64,000 nt of DNA from an uncultured Acidobacteriota bacterium (GCA_963741955.1 CAVUKB010000007.1:1088001-1152000), one strand, 5' to 3'; shown: positions 1 through 11,075, counted from the stretch's first letter. The notes: a model not told the origin generated them from the sequence alone. Numbers and translations are program-made.

Positions 1-2
1 CG

Positions 3-767
3 CAGAACGACGAGGGAAGGATCGATTCACTCGCCCAGAGCTGGGCCGTGCTCTCGGGCGTTGCGCCGAGAAATCACGCCGAGCGCGCCATGAGCGCCGT
101 CCGAGCGCAACTCGTGCGGCGCGGATCGGGCGTGATCCTCCTCCTCGCACCTCCCTTCGATCACACCTCTCTCGAACCGGGATACATCAAGGGCTACATC
201 CCCGGGATCCGCGAGAACGGAGGGCAGTACACGCATGCAGCGGCGTGGGTCGTCCTCGCGCTCACGCGACTCGGCAGTGGCGACGAGGCGGTGGAACTGT
301 TCCACATGCTCAATCCCATCAACCATACGCGAACTGCAAGCCAGCTCGAGCAGTATATGACCGAGCCGTATGCGGTCGCCGGAGACGTCTACAATCATCC
401 GGCGCACGCCGGCCGCGGCGGTTGGACCTGGTACACCGGATCGGCCGGGTGGATGTATCGGGTCGGACTGGAAGGCATCCTCGGACTTCGGCGCCGTGGC
501 GCATTCTTCGTTCTGAATCCGTGCATCCCCTCTTCGTGGCCCGCCTATTCCGTCGACTGGCGTTTCGGCAGGACGCACTACATCATCGAGGTCGAGAACC
601 CGGAGCGGCTCTGTGGCGGCATTGCGAGTGTGAATCTCGATGGAGCGCCCGTCGACCCGGCGGCGATCCCTCTCGAAGACGATGGGGGCGCTCATCGTGT
701 GAGTGTCGTGCTTGGCGCGGTCCCGCCACGTTCGCTCCGTCCTGCGCGGTCAAACAGGACACGATGA
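3..767 (+). CDS. GH94 glycoside phosphorylase / cyclic beta-1,2-glucan synthase-type protein, C-terminal part (5' truncated by window)
   Basis: Open frame from base 3. Motifs RIDSLAQSWAVLSG, GYIKGYxPGIRENGGQYTHAAAW and GRGGWTWYTGSAGWMYR are typical of the NdvB/ChvB-type GH94 domain. Confidence 0.88.
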   Translation, partial: QNDEGRIDSLAQSWAVLSGVAPRNHAERAMSAVRAQLVRRGSGVILLLAPPFDHTSLEPGYIKGYIPGIRENGGQYTHAAAWVVLALTRLGSGDEAVELFHMLNPINHTRTASQLEQYMTEPYAVAGDVYNHPAHAGRGGWTWYTGSAGWMYRVGLEGILGLRRRGAFFVLNPCIPSSWPAYSVDWRFGRTHYIIEVENPERLCGGIASVNLDGAPVDPAAIPLEDDGGAHRVSVVLGAVPPRSLRPARSNRTR

Positions 768-826
768 GCGAACGCGGGAGACATTCCTACTGTGCAGAGC
801 GGGATCACGGCGAGGTCGTCGGCACT

Positions 827-2239
827 TCACCTGGTGGCCGCTTCGAGCACCGGGTTGTACCAGCCGCCGTCCGCCGCGATCAGCGCGTCTGCCTCCTTTG
901 GCCCCCAACTGCCTGGTTTGTAGGGGCGCACGGCCGAATGGGTCTTCAGGACTCGATCGACCGCTGCCCACGCGGCCTCGACGGCGTCCTCGCGGGTGAA
1001 GAGCGCTCCATCACCGGCCATGGCGTCGGTGAGGAGCCGTTCGTACGGCGCTTCCTCTCCCGCCTGATGATCGACGAGGTAGAGCTCCCGCTGGTCGCCG
1101 ACGAATTCTTTGCCGACCCTCTTGACGCGTGCGGCGAGAGCGACGGCGGAGTTCGGAGAGATCCGGAATCGCAGATAGTTGGCCCGGCCGTCGGTCGGCG
1201 CGGAATCGTTGAAGAGGCGTTGCGGCGGAGGCTTCAGCTGGACGACGACCTCGGCGGCCGTCTCGGGCAACAGCTTCCCGGAGCGCAGATACCACGGCAC
1301 GCCCTCCCACCGCCACGAGTCGATGAAGAGCCGCACGGCGCAGAAGGTCTCCACGTCGGAGTCTTTTGCCACGTCCGGCTCCTTGCGGTACCCCGTGTAC
1401 TGGCCTCGGACCATGTCGGCGCTCCTGAGCGGCCGCATGGCCTGGAACACCGCGGCCTTCTCGCTCTGGACGGCACCGAAGCCCTGATACGCCGGCGGCT
1501 CCATGGCCATGAGGGCGACGATCTGGAAGAGGTGATTCTGAATCACGTCGCGCAGGCAGCCGGCCGTCTCGTAGAACGCCCCGCGGCCGTTCACTCCGAA
1601 CTTCTCGGCGAGGGTGATCTGGATGCTGGCGACGAAGTTGCGGTTCCATATGGGCTCGAGGAAGGAATTCGCGAATCGGAAGTAGAGGATGTTCATGATC
1701 GCTTCCTTCCCGAGGAAGTGATCGATGCGAAAGATCGAGTTCTCAGGAAATGCTTTGTGCGCGGTCTCGTTGAGCTTGCGCGCGGAAGCAAGGTCGCGGC
1801 CGAACGGCTTCTCGACGATGACGCGTGCGTGGTCCGCCAGACCCGCGGCGCCGAGCCCTTCGATCACCGTCCCGAAGAGCGACGGCGGAATCGCGAGATA
1901 GTGGGCCGGGCGACGGGCGCGACCCAGCGCCTCTTTGATCGCCGCGAACGTCGCCTGGTCGTTGTAATCCCCGCTCACGTACCGGAGCAGCGACAGAAGA
2001 TGGTGGAGCGCAGCCGGGTCATCGATCCCACCCGCTTTCTTCACGCTGTCCGTGACGCGCTTGTGCAGTCGCTCCTGACTCCACTTCGGGAAGGCGACAC
2101 CGATCACCGGAACCTCGAGGACGCCCCGCTTGACCATCGCATAGAGTGCAGGGAAGATCATCTTGTGGGCGAGATCGCCCGTCACGCCGAAGAGCACCAG
2201 CGCGTCGGACGGTTTCGTGCTGCCAGCAGTGCTTGCCAT
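827..2239 (-). CDS. zwf: glucose-6-phosphate 1-dehydrogenase
   Basis: Motifs [49 protein letters not shown]. Start placed at ATG 2239 with GGAG upstream. Confidence 0.95.
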   Translation of the reverse strand: MASTAGSTKPSDALVLFGVTGDLAHKMIFPALYAMVKRGVLEVPVIGVAFPKWSQERLHKRVTDSVKKAGGIDDPAALHHLLSLLRYVSGDYNDQATFAAIKEALGRARRPAHYLAIPPSLFGTVIEGLGAAGLADHARVIVEKPFGRDLASARKLNETAHKAFPENSIFRIDHFLGKEAIMNILYFRFANSFLEPIWNRNFVASIQITLAEKFGVNGRGAFYETAGCLRDVIQNHLFQIVALMAMEPPAYQGFGAVQSEKAAVFQAMRPLRSADMVRGQYTGYRKEPDVAKDSDVETFCAVRLFIDSWRWEGVPWYLRSGKLLPETAAEVVVQLKPPPQRLFNDSAPTDGRANYLRFRISPNSAVALAARVKRVGKEFVGDQRELYLVDHQAGEEAPYERLLTDAMAGDGALFTREDAVEAAWAAVDRVLKTHSAVRPYKPGSWGPKEADALIAADGGWYNPVLEAATR

Positions 2240-2271
2240 CTCAGCGGCCTCCTGCGGTCTCTGGCAACGAC

Positions 2272-2970
2272 TCACGTTGCCGATTCTTCCGGGTGAGCGG
2301 CGACATCTGCCGCACCGGTCGTTTCGAAGATGCTTTTTACTCCTGCTGCATTCTCCGCCATCCCGCAGGCGATGAGGAGGAGCTTGTCCAACCTGAGCGC
2401 CGTCTCGTAGCGCACGATGCTGTCCTTCGGGATCCCGATGGCGTACATTCCGGCCCCTAATGCGCTCAGGCCACCTCCCACCGCGGTGCTCTCCAGCGCC
2501 CCGACGATCCAGCCGACGAGTGGGCCGATTACGATGAGTGGACCGATGCCTTCGATGAGGAACATGGCCGACCCGAACATCAACTCCGCGTGCCCGCCGC
2601 GGAAAGTCCCGAGGCTGCCCCAGACCTGCATCCGGTCACCGTTGTTGTCGTAACCGACCACCTGCTCCTCAGTATGATAGTCCTTTCCCACGATCGAAAG
2701 CGTCCTCATGTCGACCCCGGATCGCCGGAGCTCCTCGATGCCCGCTTCTGCTTCGGTGTGGGAGTTGTAGATACCCGCTACTACCGCGTCGCTCTCAGCC
2801 ACGGCTCTGCTTCCCGCCGGACGGGTTGCAGCGACTTCGGTCGTCGTGATCGCACCCGCGACATACGCTGCAAGGCGTTTACCGTGATGCAGCTCGAGCA
2901 GAAAAGGAGAGCAATGGGTCTCCGACGCGGACCGGCCATATTGCAGTTCGGGCAGGACATAGTTCTTCAT
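2272..2970 (-). CDS. general stress protein (17M/DUF1269-like, Gly-rich hydrophobic core) with an N-terminal Fe/Mn-SOD-like remnant
   Basis: Body has [29 protein letters not shown] and [32 protein letters not shown]. The first ~40 aa resemble an SOD N-terminus. Confidence 0.65.
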   Translation of the reverse strand: MKNYVLPELQYGRSASETHCSPFLLELHHGKRLAAYVAGAITTTEVAATRPAGSRAVAESDAVVAGIYNSHTEAEAGIEELRRSGVDMRTLSIVGKDYHTEEQVVGYDNNGDRMQVWGSLGTFRGGHAELMFGSAMFLIEGIGPLIVIGPLVGWIVGALESTAVGGGLSALGAGMYAIGIPKDSIVRYETALRLDKLLLIACGMAENAAGVKSIFETTGAADVAAHPEESAT

Positions 2971-3026
2971 GATGAACTCACCCCGAGTCGAGTTGTGTTC
3001 ACCTCCCGGATCGAGTGGTCGACCGG

Positions 3027-3587
3027 TCAGACGGCTTCACGCAGGGTGGAATCCTGCTCGCTGACGAGCTCCTCGAAAAGCGACCGGTAATGAATCATCG
3101 CCTGACGAAGGTCTTCCGTCCCTGCCTGCCCATTCGTCTGGCGAACGGCGATCTCGTGGGCGGCTCGATAGTTCGTCATGACGTTCGGGTGGTCCACGGA
3201 AATGTCGGCAGCGCGTTGTTCGAAGTCACTCATCGGATATCCGCGCACGGACATCACGTCGCGAAGCAGCTGGTCGGCTTCCGCCACCGCTCCGCCGGGA
3301 GTGTCCACGAACCGCGCCTGAACAGAGTGCCACGAAGTTTCGAAGCGCGTCCGATCCGCTGGTGTGAGCGGCTGGACCTTGAAGCCCTCGACTCGCTCCG
3401 CTCGCTTGTCGAGCTCGGTCTCACCCTTCCGCTGGTTGCCGCCTTCTTTCACGGCGCGGTCGTATTCGGTGCCGCCGAACTGGCTGCGCAGCCTTCCGGT
3501 CCGGCGCGTTCGGAGAAGAACCGCCGCTGCCAGGCCCACGGCCAGAATCACAATGGCGACGACCAATATCAATGTTGTTATACTCAT
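3027..3587 (-). CDS. conserved hypothetical membrane-anchored protein
   Basis: N-terminal TM segment, then RLRSQFGxxEYDRAV..QARFVD..ADISVDHP..YRxAHEI..LRQAMIHYRSLFEEL. GGAGG RBS upstream. Confidence 0.75.
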   Translation of the reverse strand: MSITTLILVVAIVILAVGLAAAVLLRTRRTGRLRSQFGGTEYDRAVKEGGNQRKGETELDKRAERVEGFKVQPLTPADRTRFETSWHSVQARFVDTPGGAVAEADQLLRDVMSVRGYPMSDFEQRAADISVDHPNVMTNYRAAHEIAVRQTNGQAGTEDLRQAMIHYRSLFEELVSEQDSTLREAV

Positions 3588-3699
3588 CTGCGGCCTCCGG
3601 TTCCAGGACGATTTCGTCGGGATGTATTCTCCCGATCGCCGCTTTGTTTTTTGTCCACGGTTCGTCTCTCGTCATTCGACTCCAGTGTCACTCGATCCG

Positions 3700-3749
3700 G
3701 AAGCGCACTTTCTACCCGCCTGCGACGCCGAGAGATGGGTAGGAACTAC
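3700..3749 (-). promoter_or_regulatory. bipartite upstream motif, copy 1 (faces the 3587-2970-zwf unit)
   Basis: Minus strand reads GTAGTTCCTAC-N20-CGGGTAGAAAGTGCGCTTC, then N20-TCGAAT. Confidence 0.7.
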
Positions 3750-4060
3750 CCGTCGATTCATTCAGGCTCGGACCGACGGTTCGCGCGTCCGACGGATCCT
3801 CTCTCCGTAACGCCCATCGGACGGTCGGAGAGCCCTGATTCCCGGGAACCCGGCGCTCTCGAATTTGAAGTACGACACTGCGGGTCCATCGGGAATGGAA
3901 CGGGACTCGTTCGCACGGACGGTGGATCTCGAGCGAAGAGTCGCCCTTCCGGGTTGGTGGTCGCGGAGGATCTGGACCTCTCGAATTCATGAATAGCATA
4001 TTGTTCACGGACCAGCGTCGGAGGCGAGATCGGGGATGGTTTCTACCGCGCAGACTCCCG

Positions 4061-4239
4061 GCCCGCATTTCTCGCACCGTCTCGACGCGAGGAGGCGGAG
4101 AGCGGCTTGGATGCAAGGCGCGCGCAGCTTCGGCGACGAAGGCATAGTGGTGACTACGTTGAGGAGCCGAAGATGTGCGCCACGTAGGAGACAGGTCGCT
4201 ATCCGTCTCCGCAGCAGAGACGATGTGAGGAATGCGGGC
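4061..4239 (+). mobile_element. MITE-like element family A (~180 bp)
   Basis: Imperfect ~23 bp terminal inverted repeats GCCCGCATTTCTCGCACCGTCTC / GAGACGATGTGAGGAATGCGGGC. Homologous to 57493-57675 and 17946-18054. A family B end lies just upstream at 4039-4058. Confidence 0.75.
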
Positions 4240-4244
4240 TGGCA

Positions 4245-4293
4245 GTAGTTTCTACCTGCTTCGCGCTCTCCTTCCGGGTAGTAAGTGCGCTTC
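4245..4293 (+). promoter_or_regulatory. bipartite upstream motif, copy 2 (faces ackA-xfp)
   Basis: GTAGTTTCTAC-N19-CGGGTAGTAAGTGCGCTTC, then N20-TAGGTT. Confidence 0.75.
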
Positions 4294-4328
4294 CCGGTCC
4301 ACGGGTCGAGCGATAGGTTGAGGTCACT

Positions 4329-5540
4329 TTGAGCGAAGGACGTGACTGCAATCGGGCGCGCATCCTGACGATCAACGGCGGTTCGTCGAGCATCAGGTTT
4401 GCGCTGTTCGAGACCGGCGACTCGCTTCGAAGAATCCTCTGGGGCGCCGTCGAGCGGATCGGACTTCCGGACGCGACTCTACGGGTGAAAGGCGTCGACG
4501 AGTCGGATGACGTCGTGCGCCCGGTGAAGGCGCCGGACCACTCGCTTGCCGTCGACGCGGTGATGGATTGGATCGGTGAGCGCACCGGGAGTCATCCGCT
4601 GACCGCCGTGGGGCATCGCGTGGTGCATGGCGGACCGAAGTACAGCGAACCGCAACGGATCACCGCGGAAATGGTCGAGGATCTCCGCGGGCTCAGTCCA
4701 TTCGACCCGGAGCATCTTCCGGAGGAGATCCTCCTCACCGAAGCATTCCATCGCCGATTCCCCGACCTCGCCCAGGTGGCGTGCTTCGACACGGCGTTTC
4801 ATCACGACCTGCCGCGCGTGGCCCGCTTGTTGCCGATCCCGCGCCGCTACGAGGCGCAGGGAGTACGGCGGTACGGGTTTCACGGTCTGTCGTACACGTT
4901 CCTGATGGAGGAGCTGGCCCGCCTCGCCGGAACGGGTCTCGCAGGCGCAGGAGGCCGGGTCATTCTCGCTCACCTGGGGAATGGCTCGAGTCTGGCCGCG
5001 GTGCGCGACGGAAAACCCGTCGACACGAGCATGGGACTCACCCCGGCATCCGGCGTGCCGATGAGTACCCGTTCCGGCGACATCGATCCGGGACTGGTCT
5101 GGTATCTGGGACGCACCGAAGAGAAGACCGCGAAAGAGTTCAACCAGATGGTGAACTTCGAGTCGGGGCTCCTCGGCGTCTCCGAGACCAGCTCGGACAT
5201 GCGCGACCTCCTCGATCGGGAGCCGCACGACGTGCGAGCGGCCGAAGCGATTTCGCTGTTCTGCTACCAGGTGAAGAAATGGATCGGCTCTTTCGCCGCG
5301 GCCCTCGGTGGAGTGGACACGCTCGTCTTCGCGGGAGGCATGGGTGAGAACGCGGCAACCGTCCGTGCACGGATCTGCGAAGGGCTCGCGTTCCTGGGTA
5401 TCGCCATCGATGAGCAGCGCAACGCGGAACATGCACCGCTCATCTCGCCGGACGAGGCCAGCGTCGCGGTCCGCGTCATTCACACCGACGAAGAGCTCGT
5501 GATCGCCCGCTCGGTCGTCCACGTTCTCGATCTCGGTTGA
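4329..5540 (+). CDS. ackA: acetate/propionate kinase
   Basis: Motifs INGGSSS, GHRVVHGG, FDTAFH, RYGFHGLSY, HLGNGSS, DTSMGLTP, TRSGDIDP, FAGGMGEN, TDEE. TTG start with GAGG RBS. Confidence 0.93.
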   Translation: MSEGRDCNRARILTINGGSSSIRFALFETGDSLRRILWGAVERIGLPDATLRVKGVDESDDVVRPVKAPDHSLAVDAVMDWIGERTGSHPLTAVGHRVVHGGPKYSEPQRITAEMVEDLRGLSPFDPEHLPEEILLTEAFHRRFPDLAQVACFDTAFHHDLPRVARLLPIPRRYEAQGVRRYGFHGLSYTFLMEELARLAGTGLAGAGGRVILAHLGNGSSLAAVRDGKPVDTSMGLTPASGVPMSTRSGDIDPGLVWYLGRTEEKTAKEFNQMVNFESGLLGVSETSSDMRDLLDREPHDVRAAEAISLFCYQVKKWIGSFAAALGGVDTLVFAGGMGENAATVRARICEGLAFLGIAIDEQRNAEHAPLISPDEASVAVRVIHTDEELVIARSVVHVLDLG

Positions 5541-5558
5541 ACAAGGAAGACATAGCCT

Positions 5559-7919
5559 ATGAATACCACAACGCTCACGCCCGATCTGCTCCACAAGATG
5601 GATGCGTACTGGCGCGCCGCCAACTATCTGTCAGTGGGCCAGATCTTTCTCTACGACAATCCTTTGCTGAAACGCCCGCTCACCATCGCTGACGTCAAGC
5701 ACATGCTGCTGGGGCACTGGGGCACGACGCCCGGGCAGAACTTCATCTACGTGCACCTGAACCGGGTCATCAGGAAATACGACCTCGACATGATCTACGT
5801 CTCCGGCCCCGGGCACGGCGGACCTGCCGTCGTCGGCAACACGTATCTCGAGGGAACGTACAGCGAGATCTATCCCGACATCAGCCGGGACGAAGGGGGC
5901 CTCAGGAAGCTCTTCAAACAATTCTCGTTTCCCGGCGGGATTCCGAGTCACGCGTCGCCGGAGTGCCCGGGCTCGATCCACGAGGGGGGTGAGCTCGGTT
6001 ATTCGCTCAGCCATTCGTTCGGGGCGGTCTTCGACAATCCCGATCTCGTCGTCGCGTGCGTCGTCGGCGATGGCGAGGCGGAAACGGGGCCGCTTGCCAC
6101 GGCATGGCATTCGACCAAGTTTCTCGATCCAGCCACCGACGGTGCGGTGCTGCCGATCCTGCATCTCAACGGCTACAAGATCTCCAATCCGACGATCCCC
6201 GCTCGAATCACCCGCGAAGAACTGGAGGAGTTGCTTCGCGGCTACGGGTGGGTACCGCACTTCGTCGAGGGTCACGACCCATTGCTGATGCACGAGGCGA
6301 TGGCTACGACGCTCGACGCGGTGGTGGAAGAGATTCAAGACATCCAGCAGCACGCCCGCGTCCACGGCGACCTCACCCGTCCGCGCTGGCCGATGATCGT
6401 ACTGAATTCACCGAAGGGGTGGACGGGGCCGAAGATCGTCGATGGCCTGCAGGTCGAAGGAACTTTCCGTGCACATCAGGTTCCGCTCCATCCGCACGCG
6501 AATCCGGAGCACCTCCGGCTGCTCGAAGAGTGGCTCCGGAGTTACCGCCCGGAGGAGCTCTTCGACGAGCGGGGGCGACTCCAGCCGGAGCTGGCCGAGC
6601 TCGCACCCACCGGCGAGAGACGTATGGGAGCGAATCCCCACGCGAACGGTGGCATTCTGCTCCGCGACCTCCGGATGCCCGACTTCCGTGACTATGGGGT
6701 CGACGTGCCCGAGCCCGGGATCCTCGGGATCGGTGACACTCACGTTCTCGGACGATTCCTGCGTGATGTCGCGAAGTTGAACGGCGAACAACGCAACTTC
6801 CGCATATTCGGTCCGGACGAGACGCTCTCCAACGGTCTGGAGGCTCTCTTCGACGTGACCGAACGTCAATGGGACGCGGCGACCGTACCGAACGACGAGT
6901 TTCTCGCCCCCACCGGACGCGTGATGGAGATGCTCAGCGAGCATCAGTGCGAAGGGTGGCTGGAGGGATATCTCCTCACTGGCCGGCACGGGCTCTTCAA
7001 CTGCTACGAGGCGTTCATCCACATCGTCGACTCGATGTTCAACCAGCACGCCAAGTGGTTGAAGGTCACAGCAGACCTGCCATGGCGGAGAAAGATCGCA
7101 TCGCTGAACTACCTGCTGGCATCGCACGTCTGGCGCCAGGATCACAACGGCTTCACACATCAGGATCCCGGTTTCATCGACCACGTCGTGAACAAGAAAG
7201 CCGAGATCGTCCGCGTCTACCTTCCGCCGGATGCGAACTGTCTTCTGTCGGTGATGGACCACTGCCTGCGCAGTCGTCATTACGTCAACGTCGTCGTCGC
7301 GGGCAAGCACCCCGCGCCGCAGTGGCTGACGATGAACGCCGCCGTCAAGCATTGCGCCGAAGGCATCGGAATCTGGCAGTGGGCGAGCAACGACGATGGC
7401 GTGTCGCCCGATGTGGTCATGGCCTGCTGCGGTGACGTGCCGACGCTGGAGACGCTCGCCGCCGTCTCGATCATGCGCGAGAAACTGCCCGAGCTGCACA
7501 TCCGAGTCGTCAATGTCGTCGACCTCATGAAGCTGCAGCCGCGGACCGAGCATCCGCACGGACTGAGCGATACGGATTTCGATGAGCTCTTCACGAAAGA
7601 CAAGCCGGTGATCTTCGCCTTTCACGGCTACCCGTGGCTGATCCACCGGTTGACATATCGCCGCACGAACCACGACAACATTCACGTCCGGGGTTACAAA
7701 GAGGAAGGCACGATCACCACGCCGTTCGACATGACGGTGTTGAACGATCTGGATCGCTTCCACCTCGTGATGGATACGATCGATCGTCTTCCTCGAACTG
7801 GTGCAAAGGGCATTTATCTCAAGCAGCAGCTTCAGGACAAGCTGATCGAGCACAAGCAGTACATCGACGAGAACGGTCGCGACATGCCGGAGATCCGGAA
7901 CTGGAAATGGAGCGGATGA
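5559..7919 (+). CDS. xfp: xylulose-5-phosphate/fructose-6-phosphate phosphoketolase
   Basis: Motifs [34 protein letters not shown]-binding [29 protein letters not shown]. Confidence 0.96.
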   Translation: MNTTTLTPDLLHKMDAYWRAANYLSVGQIFLYDNPLLKRPLTIADVKHMLLGHWGTTPGQNFIYVHLNRVIRKYDLDMIYVSGPGHGGPAVVGNTYLEGTYSEIYPDISRDEGGLRKLFKQFSFPGGIPSHASPECPGSIHEGGELGYSLSHSFGAVFDNPDLVVACVVGDGEAETGPLATAWHSTKFLDPATDGAVLPILHLNGYKISNPTIPARITREELEELLRGYGWVPHFVEGHDPLLMHEAMATTLDAVVEEIQDIQQHARVHGDLTRPRWPMIVLNSPKGWTGPKIVDGLQVEGTFRAHQVPLHPHANPEHLRLLEEWLRSYRPEELFDERGRLQPELAELAPTGERRMGANPHANGGILLRDLRMPDFRDYGVDVPEPGILGIGDTHVLGRFLRDVAKLNGEQRNFRIFGPDETLSNGLEALFDVTERQWDAATVPNDEFLAPTGRVMEMLSEHQCEGWLEGYLLTGRHGLFNCYEAFIHIVDSMFNQHAKWLKVTADLPWRRKIASLNYLLASHVWRQDHNGFTHQDPGFIDHVVNKKAEIVRVYLPPDANCLLSVMDHCLRSRHYVNVVVAGKHPAPQWLTMNAAVKHCAEGIGIWQWASNDDGVSPDVVMACCGDVPTLETLAAVSIMREKLPELHIRVVNVVDLMKLQPRTEHPHGLSDTDFDELFTKDKPVIFAFHGYPWLIHRLTYRRTNHDNIHVRGYKEEGTITTPFDMTVLNDLDRFHLVMDTIDRLPRTGAKGIYLKQQLQDKLIEHKQYIDENGRDMPEIRNWKWSG

Positions 7920-7982
7920 CACTCTGAAGCTGAGTCCGTGCGCCAGATCGTCACGACCCGAAACGAATCAAAGGAGCGAGCG

Positions 7983-8345
7983 ATGCCGATTCGAATCAAC
8001 GAAGAAGAAGGCGGGAAGGTAGTCGTCGTCCACGTCAGCGGCAAGTTGGAAAAGGCGGATTACGAACGCTTCATGCCCGAGTTCGCGCGACTGGTCCGCG
8101 AGCATGGAAAATTGCGCGTGCTGTTCGACATGAGCGGCTTCCATGGCTGGGAGGTCAGCGCCGCATGGGAGGATTTCAAGTTCGGTGTCGAGCACTTCGC
8201 CGACATCGAGCGGCTCGCGATGGTCGGTGAAACGAAGTGGCAGAAGGGGATGGCGACATTCTGCAAGCCCTTCACGAAAGCTGCCGTCCGATACTTCGAT
8301 CACGCCGATTACGCGAACGCGAGGACGTGGCTGGACGAAGGGTAA
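7983..8345 (+). CDS. STAS/SEC14 (SpoIIAA-like) domain protein
   Basis: VSGKLEKADY..LFDMSGFHGW..AAWEDFKFG..IERLAMVG..VRYF..ARTWL pattern. AAGGAG RBS. Confidence 0.82.
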   Translation: MPIRINEEEGGKVVVVHVSGKLEKADYERFMPEFARLVREHGKLRVLFDMSGFHGWEVSAAWEDFKFGVEHFADIERLAMVGETKWQKGMATFCKPFTKAAVRYFDHADYANARTWLDEG

Positions 8346-8450
8346 CGGCTTCGATCACTCGCGACACGAAGGTAACGCCGCGGCGCCACCGACGTGATCG
8401 TCGCGCATCTCACCGACCGCGATATCGCGAAGACGGCACGGAGGTCCATC

Positions 8451-11075
8451 ATGGTCACCGACGCCAATCAGCACCCGACCATCGAATCGAAGCCGGAATC
8501 GATGACCGGCGCGAAACCCCATTCGAAGGATGATCTGAAGTCTCTGCCCTTGCCGGTATTGGAGAAGAAGCTGGGCTCGTCGCCGGACGGCCTCACTCGG
8601 GCCGAGGCGGAACAGCGGTTGGACCGGTACGGGCCCAACGAGATCGAGGAAAAGAGGACCAACTCTTTCCTGAAGTTCCTCACCTATTTCTGGGGACCGA
8701 TCCCGTGGATGATCGAAGCGGCCGTGATCCTCTCGGCCGTCGCGCGGCATTGGCCGGATTTCGGCATCATTCTCCTTCTGCTTCTCGCCAACGGCGTGGT
8801 CGGATTCTGGGAAGAGCGAGAGGCCGGCAACGCCATCGCCGCGCTGAAGGCGAGGCTCGCGATCAAGGCTCGCGTGAAGCGCGACGGAGCGTGGATCACC
8901 TGCGAATCGCGTGAGCTGGTGCCGGGCGACGTGATTCGATTGTGCCTGGGGGACATCGTGCCGGCGGATGCGCGCCTCCTGGACGGCGACTCGGTGGAAG
9001 TGGATCAGTCGGCGCTGACGGGAGAGTCGCTGCCTGCCACGCGCAAACCCGGCGAGGCGGTGTTCTCGGGATCGATCATCCGTCGGGGCGAGATCGGCGC
9101 GCTTGTGTATGCCACCGGATCCGGGACCTACTTCGGCAAGACCGCGCAACTGGTCGAGGACGCGCACACCGTCAGCCATTTCCAGAAGGCGGTCCTGAAG
9201 ATCGGCAACTACCTGATCATCCTCGCGGTGGCTCTGGTGGCGGTGATCATCACTGTCGCGCTGCTCCGCGGCGACCCGATCCTCACCACCTTGCAGTTCG
9301 CCCTGGTGCTCACCGTGGCCGCGATTCCCGTGGCGATGCCGACGGTGTTGTCGGTTACGATGGCGGTCGGCGCACGCCTGCTGGCCAGGAAAGAGGCCGT
9401 CGTGAGCAAGCTGGTGGCCATCGAGGAACTGGCGGGCGTGGACGTGCTGTGCGCGGACAAGACCGGCACTCTGACACAGAATATGCTCACCCTCGGCGAT
9501 CCGTTCTGCGCGAACGACGTTCCCGCTGACGACGTGATCCTCGACGCCGCTCTGGCGTCGCGTGCGGAAAACAATGACACCATCGATCTGGCCGTCCTCG
9601 GCGGCCTGAAGAACGAGAAGGCGCTGGCGGGCTATGAGGTCGTCCATTTCCAGCCATTCGATCCGGTGCACAAGCGCACCGAAGCGACCGTCAAGGCCGC
9701 GGACGGAACGACGTTCAAGGTCTCGAAGGGCGCGCCGCAGGTGATCCTGGAATTATCGGCCGATGCCGCGGAGGTGAAAGAAGCAATCGACAAGGCGGTG
9801 AACGAATTTGCCGTGCGTGGCTTCCGTTCGCTGGGCGTGGCGCGAGCCGAGGGCGAAGGTCCGTGGCGGTTCGCCGGTGTGCTGCCGCTGTTCGACCCGC
9901 CGCGGGAGGATGCCAGCGCCACCATCGCGACCGCGCTCGCGATGGGCGTCAAGGTCAAGATGGTCACGGGCGATGCGCTTGCGATCGGCCAGGAAACGGC
10001 CAGAAAACTGGGGATGGGCGCCAACATCCTCGATGCCACCGGCCTCGGTGACTCGAAGCGCGTTGAGACCGCGGCGGTCGCGGAGTCGATCGAGAATGCC
10101 GACGGTTTCGCGCAGGTGTTCCCGGAGCACAAGTTCCACATCGTGGACGTGCTGCAGAAGCTCGGTCACATCGTCGGCATGACCGGCGACGGAGTCAATG
10201 ACGCACCCGCGCTCAAGAAAGCCGACTGCGGCATCGCCGTGTCGGCCGCGACGGATGCGGCGCGGGCCGCGGCAGCGATCGTGCTCCTGACGCCCGGCCT
10301 CTCGGTGATCATTGACGCGATCAAGGAGAGCCGCCGCATCTTCCAAAGGATGAACAGCTACGCGATCTACCGCATCGCCGAGACGCTGCGTGTGCTGTTC
10401 TTCATGACGCTGGCGATCCTGATCTTCAACTTCTATCCATTGACCGCGGTGATGATCGTGATGCTCGCGCTGCTCAACGATGGCGCAATCCTGTCCATTG
10501 CCTATGACAACGTCCATTACAAGGATCAGCCCGAGGCGTGGAACATGCGCGTGGTGCTGGGGATCGCCACGGTGCTGGGCCTCATCGGTGTCGTTTCGGC
10601 CTTCGGCCTGTTCTATCTCGGCGAGCGCGTCTTTCATCTCGATCGTGCGCACATCCAGACGCTGATGTACCTGAAGCTCTCCGTGGCAGGACATCTGACG
10701 ATTTTCCTGACGCGCACGCGCGGCCCGTTCTGGTCCATCCGTCCCGCGCGAATTCTCTGGGTGGCGGTCGTCGGTACACAGATCGTCGCGACGTTGATCG
10801 CGGTCTACGGACTTTTCATGACACCGCTCGGTTGGGGTTGGGCACTGTTCGTCTGGGTCTATGCGCTGGCGTGGTTCTTACTGAACGACCGCGTCAAGCT
10901 GCTCGCGTATCGGATTCTCGATCCCGTCGAGGCCAGGACACCGTCTGACCTGACGCCGCGGATCGCACGGCGAGCCTATGAACTGTACGAAAAGCGGGGC
11001 CGACGGGATGGGCGCTCCGTAGAGGACTGGGAAGAGGCGGAGAGGGAAATCAGGAAGCATGACTCCTCGAATTGA
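8451..11075 (+). CDS. plasma-membrane proton-efflux P-type ATPase (P3A) with a C-terminal DUF2934-like domain
   Basis: Motifs FWGPIPWMIE, DQSALTGES, IPVAMPTVLSVTMA, DKTGT, KGAP, TGDGVNDAPALK, LLNDG. Tail RIARRAYELYEKRGRRDGRSVEDWEEAEREI. Confidence 0.92.
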   Translation: MVTDANQHPTIESKPESMTGAKPHSKDDLKSLPLPVLEKKLGSSPDGLTRAEAEQRLDRYGPNEIEEKRTNSFLKFLTYFWGPIPWMIEAAVILSAVARHWPDFGIILLLLLANGVVGFWEEREAGNAIAALKARLAIKARVKRDGAWITCESRELVPGDVIRLCLGDIVPADARLLDGDSVEVDQSALTGESLPATRKPGEAVFSGSIIRRGEIGALVYATGSGTYFGKTAQLVEDAHTVSHFQKAVLKIGNYLIILAVALVAVIITVALLRGDPILTTLQFALVLTVAAIPVAMPTVLSVTMAVGARLLARKEAVVSKLVAIEELAGVDVLCADKTGTLTQNMLTLGDPFCANDVPADDVILDAALASRAENNDTIDLAVLGGLKNEKALAGYEVVHFQPFDPVHKRTEATVKAADGTTFKVSKGAPQVILELSADAAEVKEAIDKAVNEFAVRGFRSLGVARAEGEGPWRFAGVLPLFDPPREDASATIATALAMGVKVKMVTGDALAIGQETARKLGMGANILDATGLGDSKRVETAAVAESIENADGFAQVFPEHKFHIVDVLQKLGHIVGMTGDGVNDAPALKKADCGIAVSAATDAARAAAAIVLLTPGLSVIIDAIKESRRIFQRMNSYAIYRIAETLRVLFFMTLAILIFNFYPLTAVMIVMLALLNDGAILSIAYDNVHYKDQPEAWNMRVVLGIATVLGLIGVVSAFGLFYLGERVFHLDRAHIQTLMYLKLSVAGHLTIFLTRTRGPFWSIRPARILWVAVVGTQIVATLIAVYGLFMTPLGWGWALFVWVYALAWFLLNDRVKLLAYRILDPVEARTPSDLTPRIARRAYELYEKRGRRDGRSVEDWEEAEREIRKHDSSN

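Noticed and set aside
245-2296. 683 aa plus-strand ORF and similar long shadow ORFs (e.g. 6408-7922, 40801-44010, 59201-61402)
   Set aside because: They lie antisense to well-supported genes and carry no motifs. This is typical of high-GC codon bias.
3700-4293. Bipartite motif as part of the MITEs
   Set aside because: Three of the four copies are not adjacent to a MITE, the spacers are unrelated, and all copies face gene starts with a fixed-distance -10. This fits a regulatory site better.
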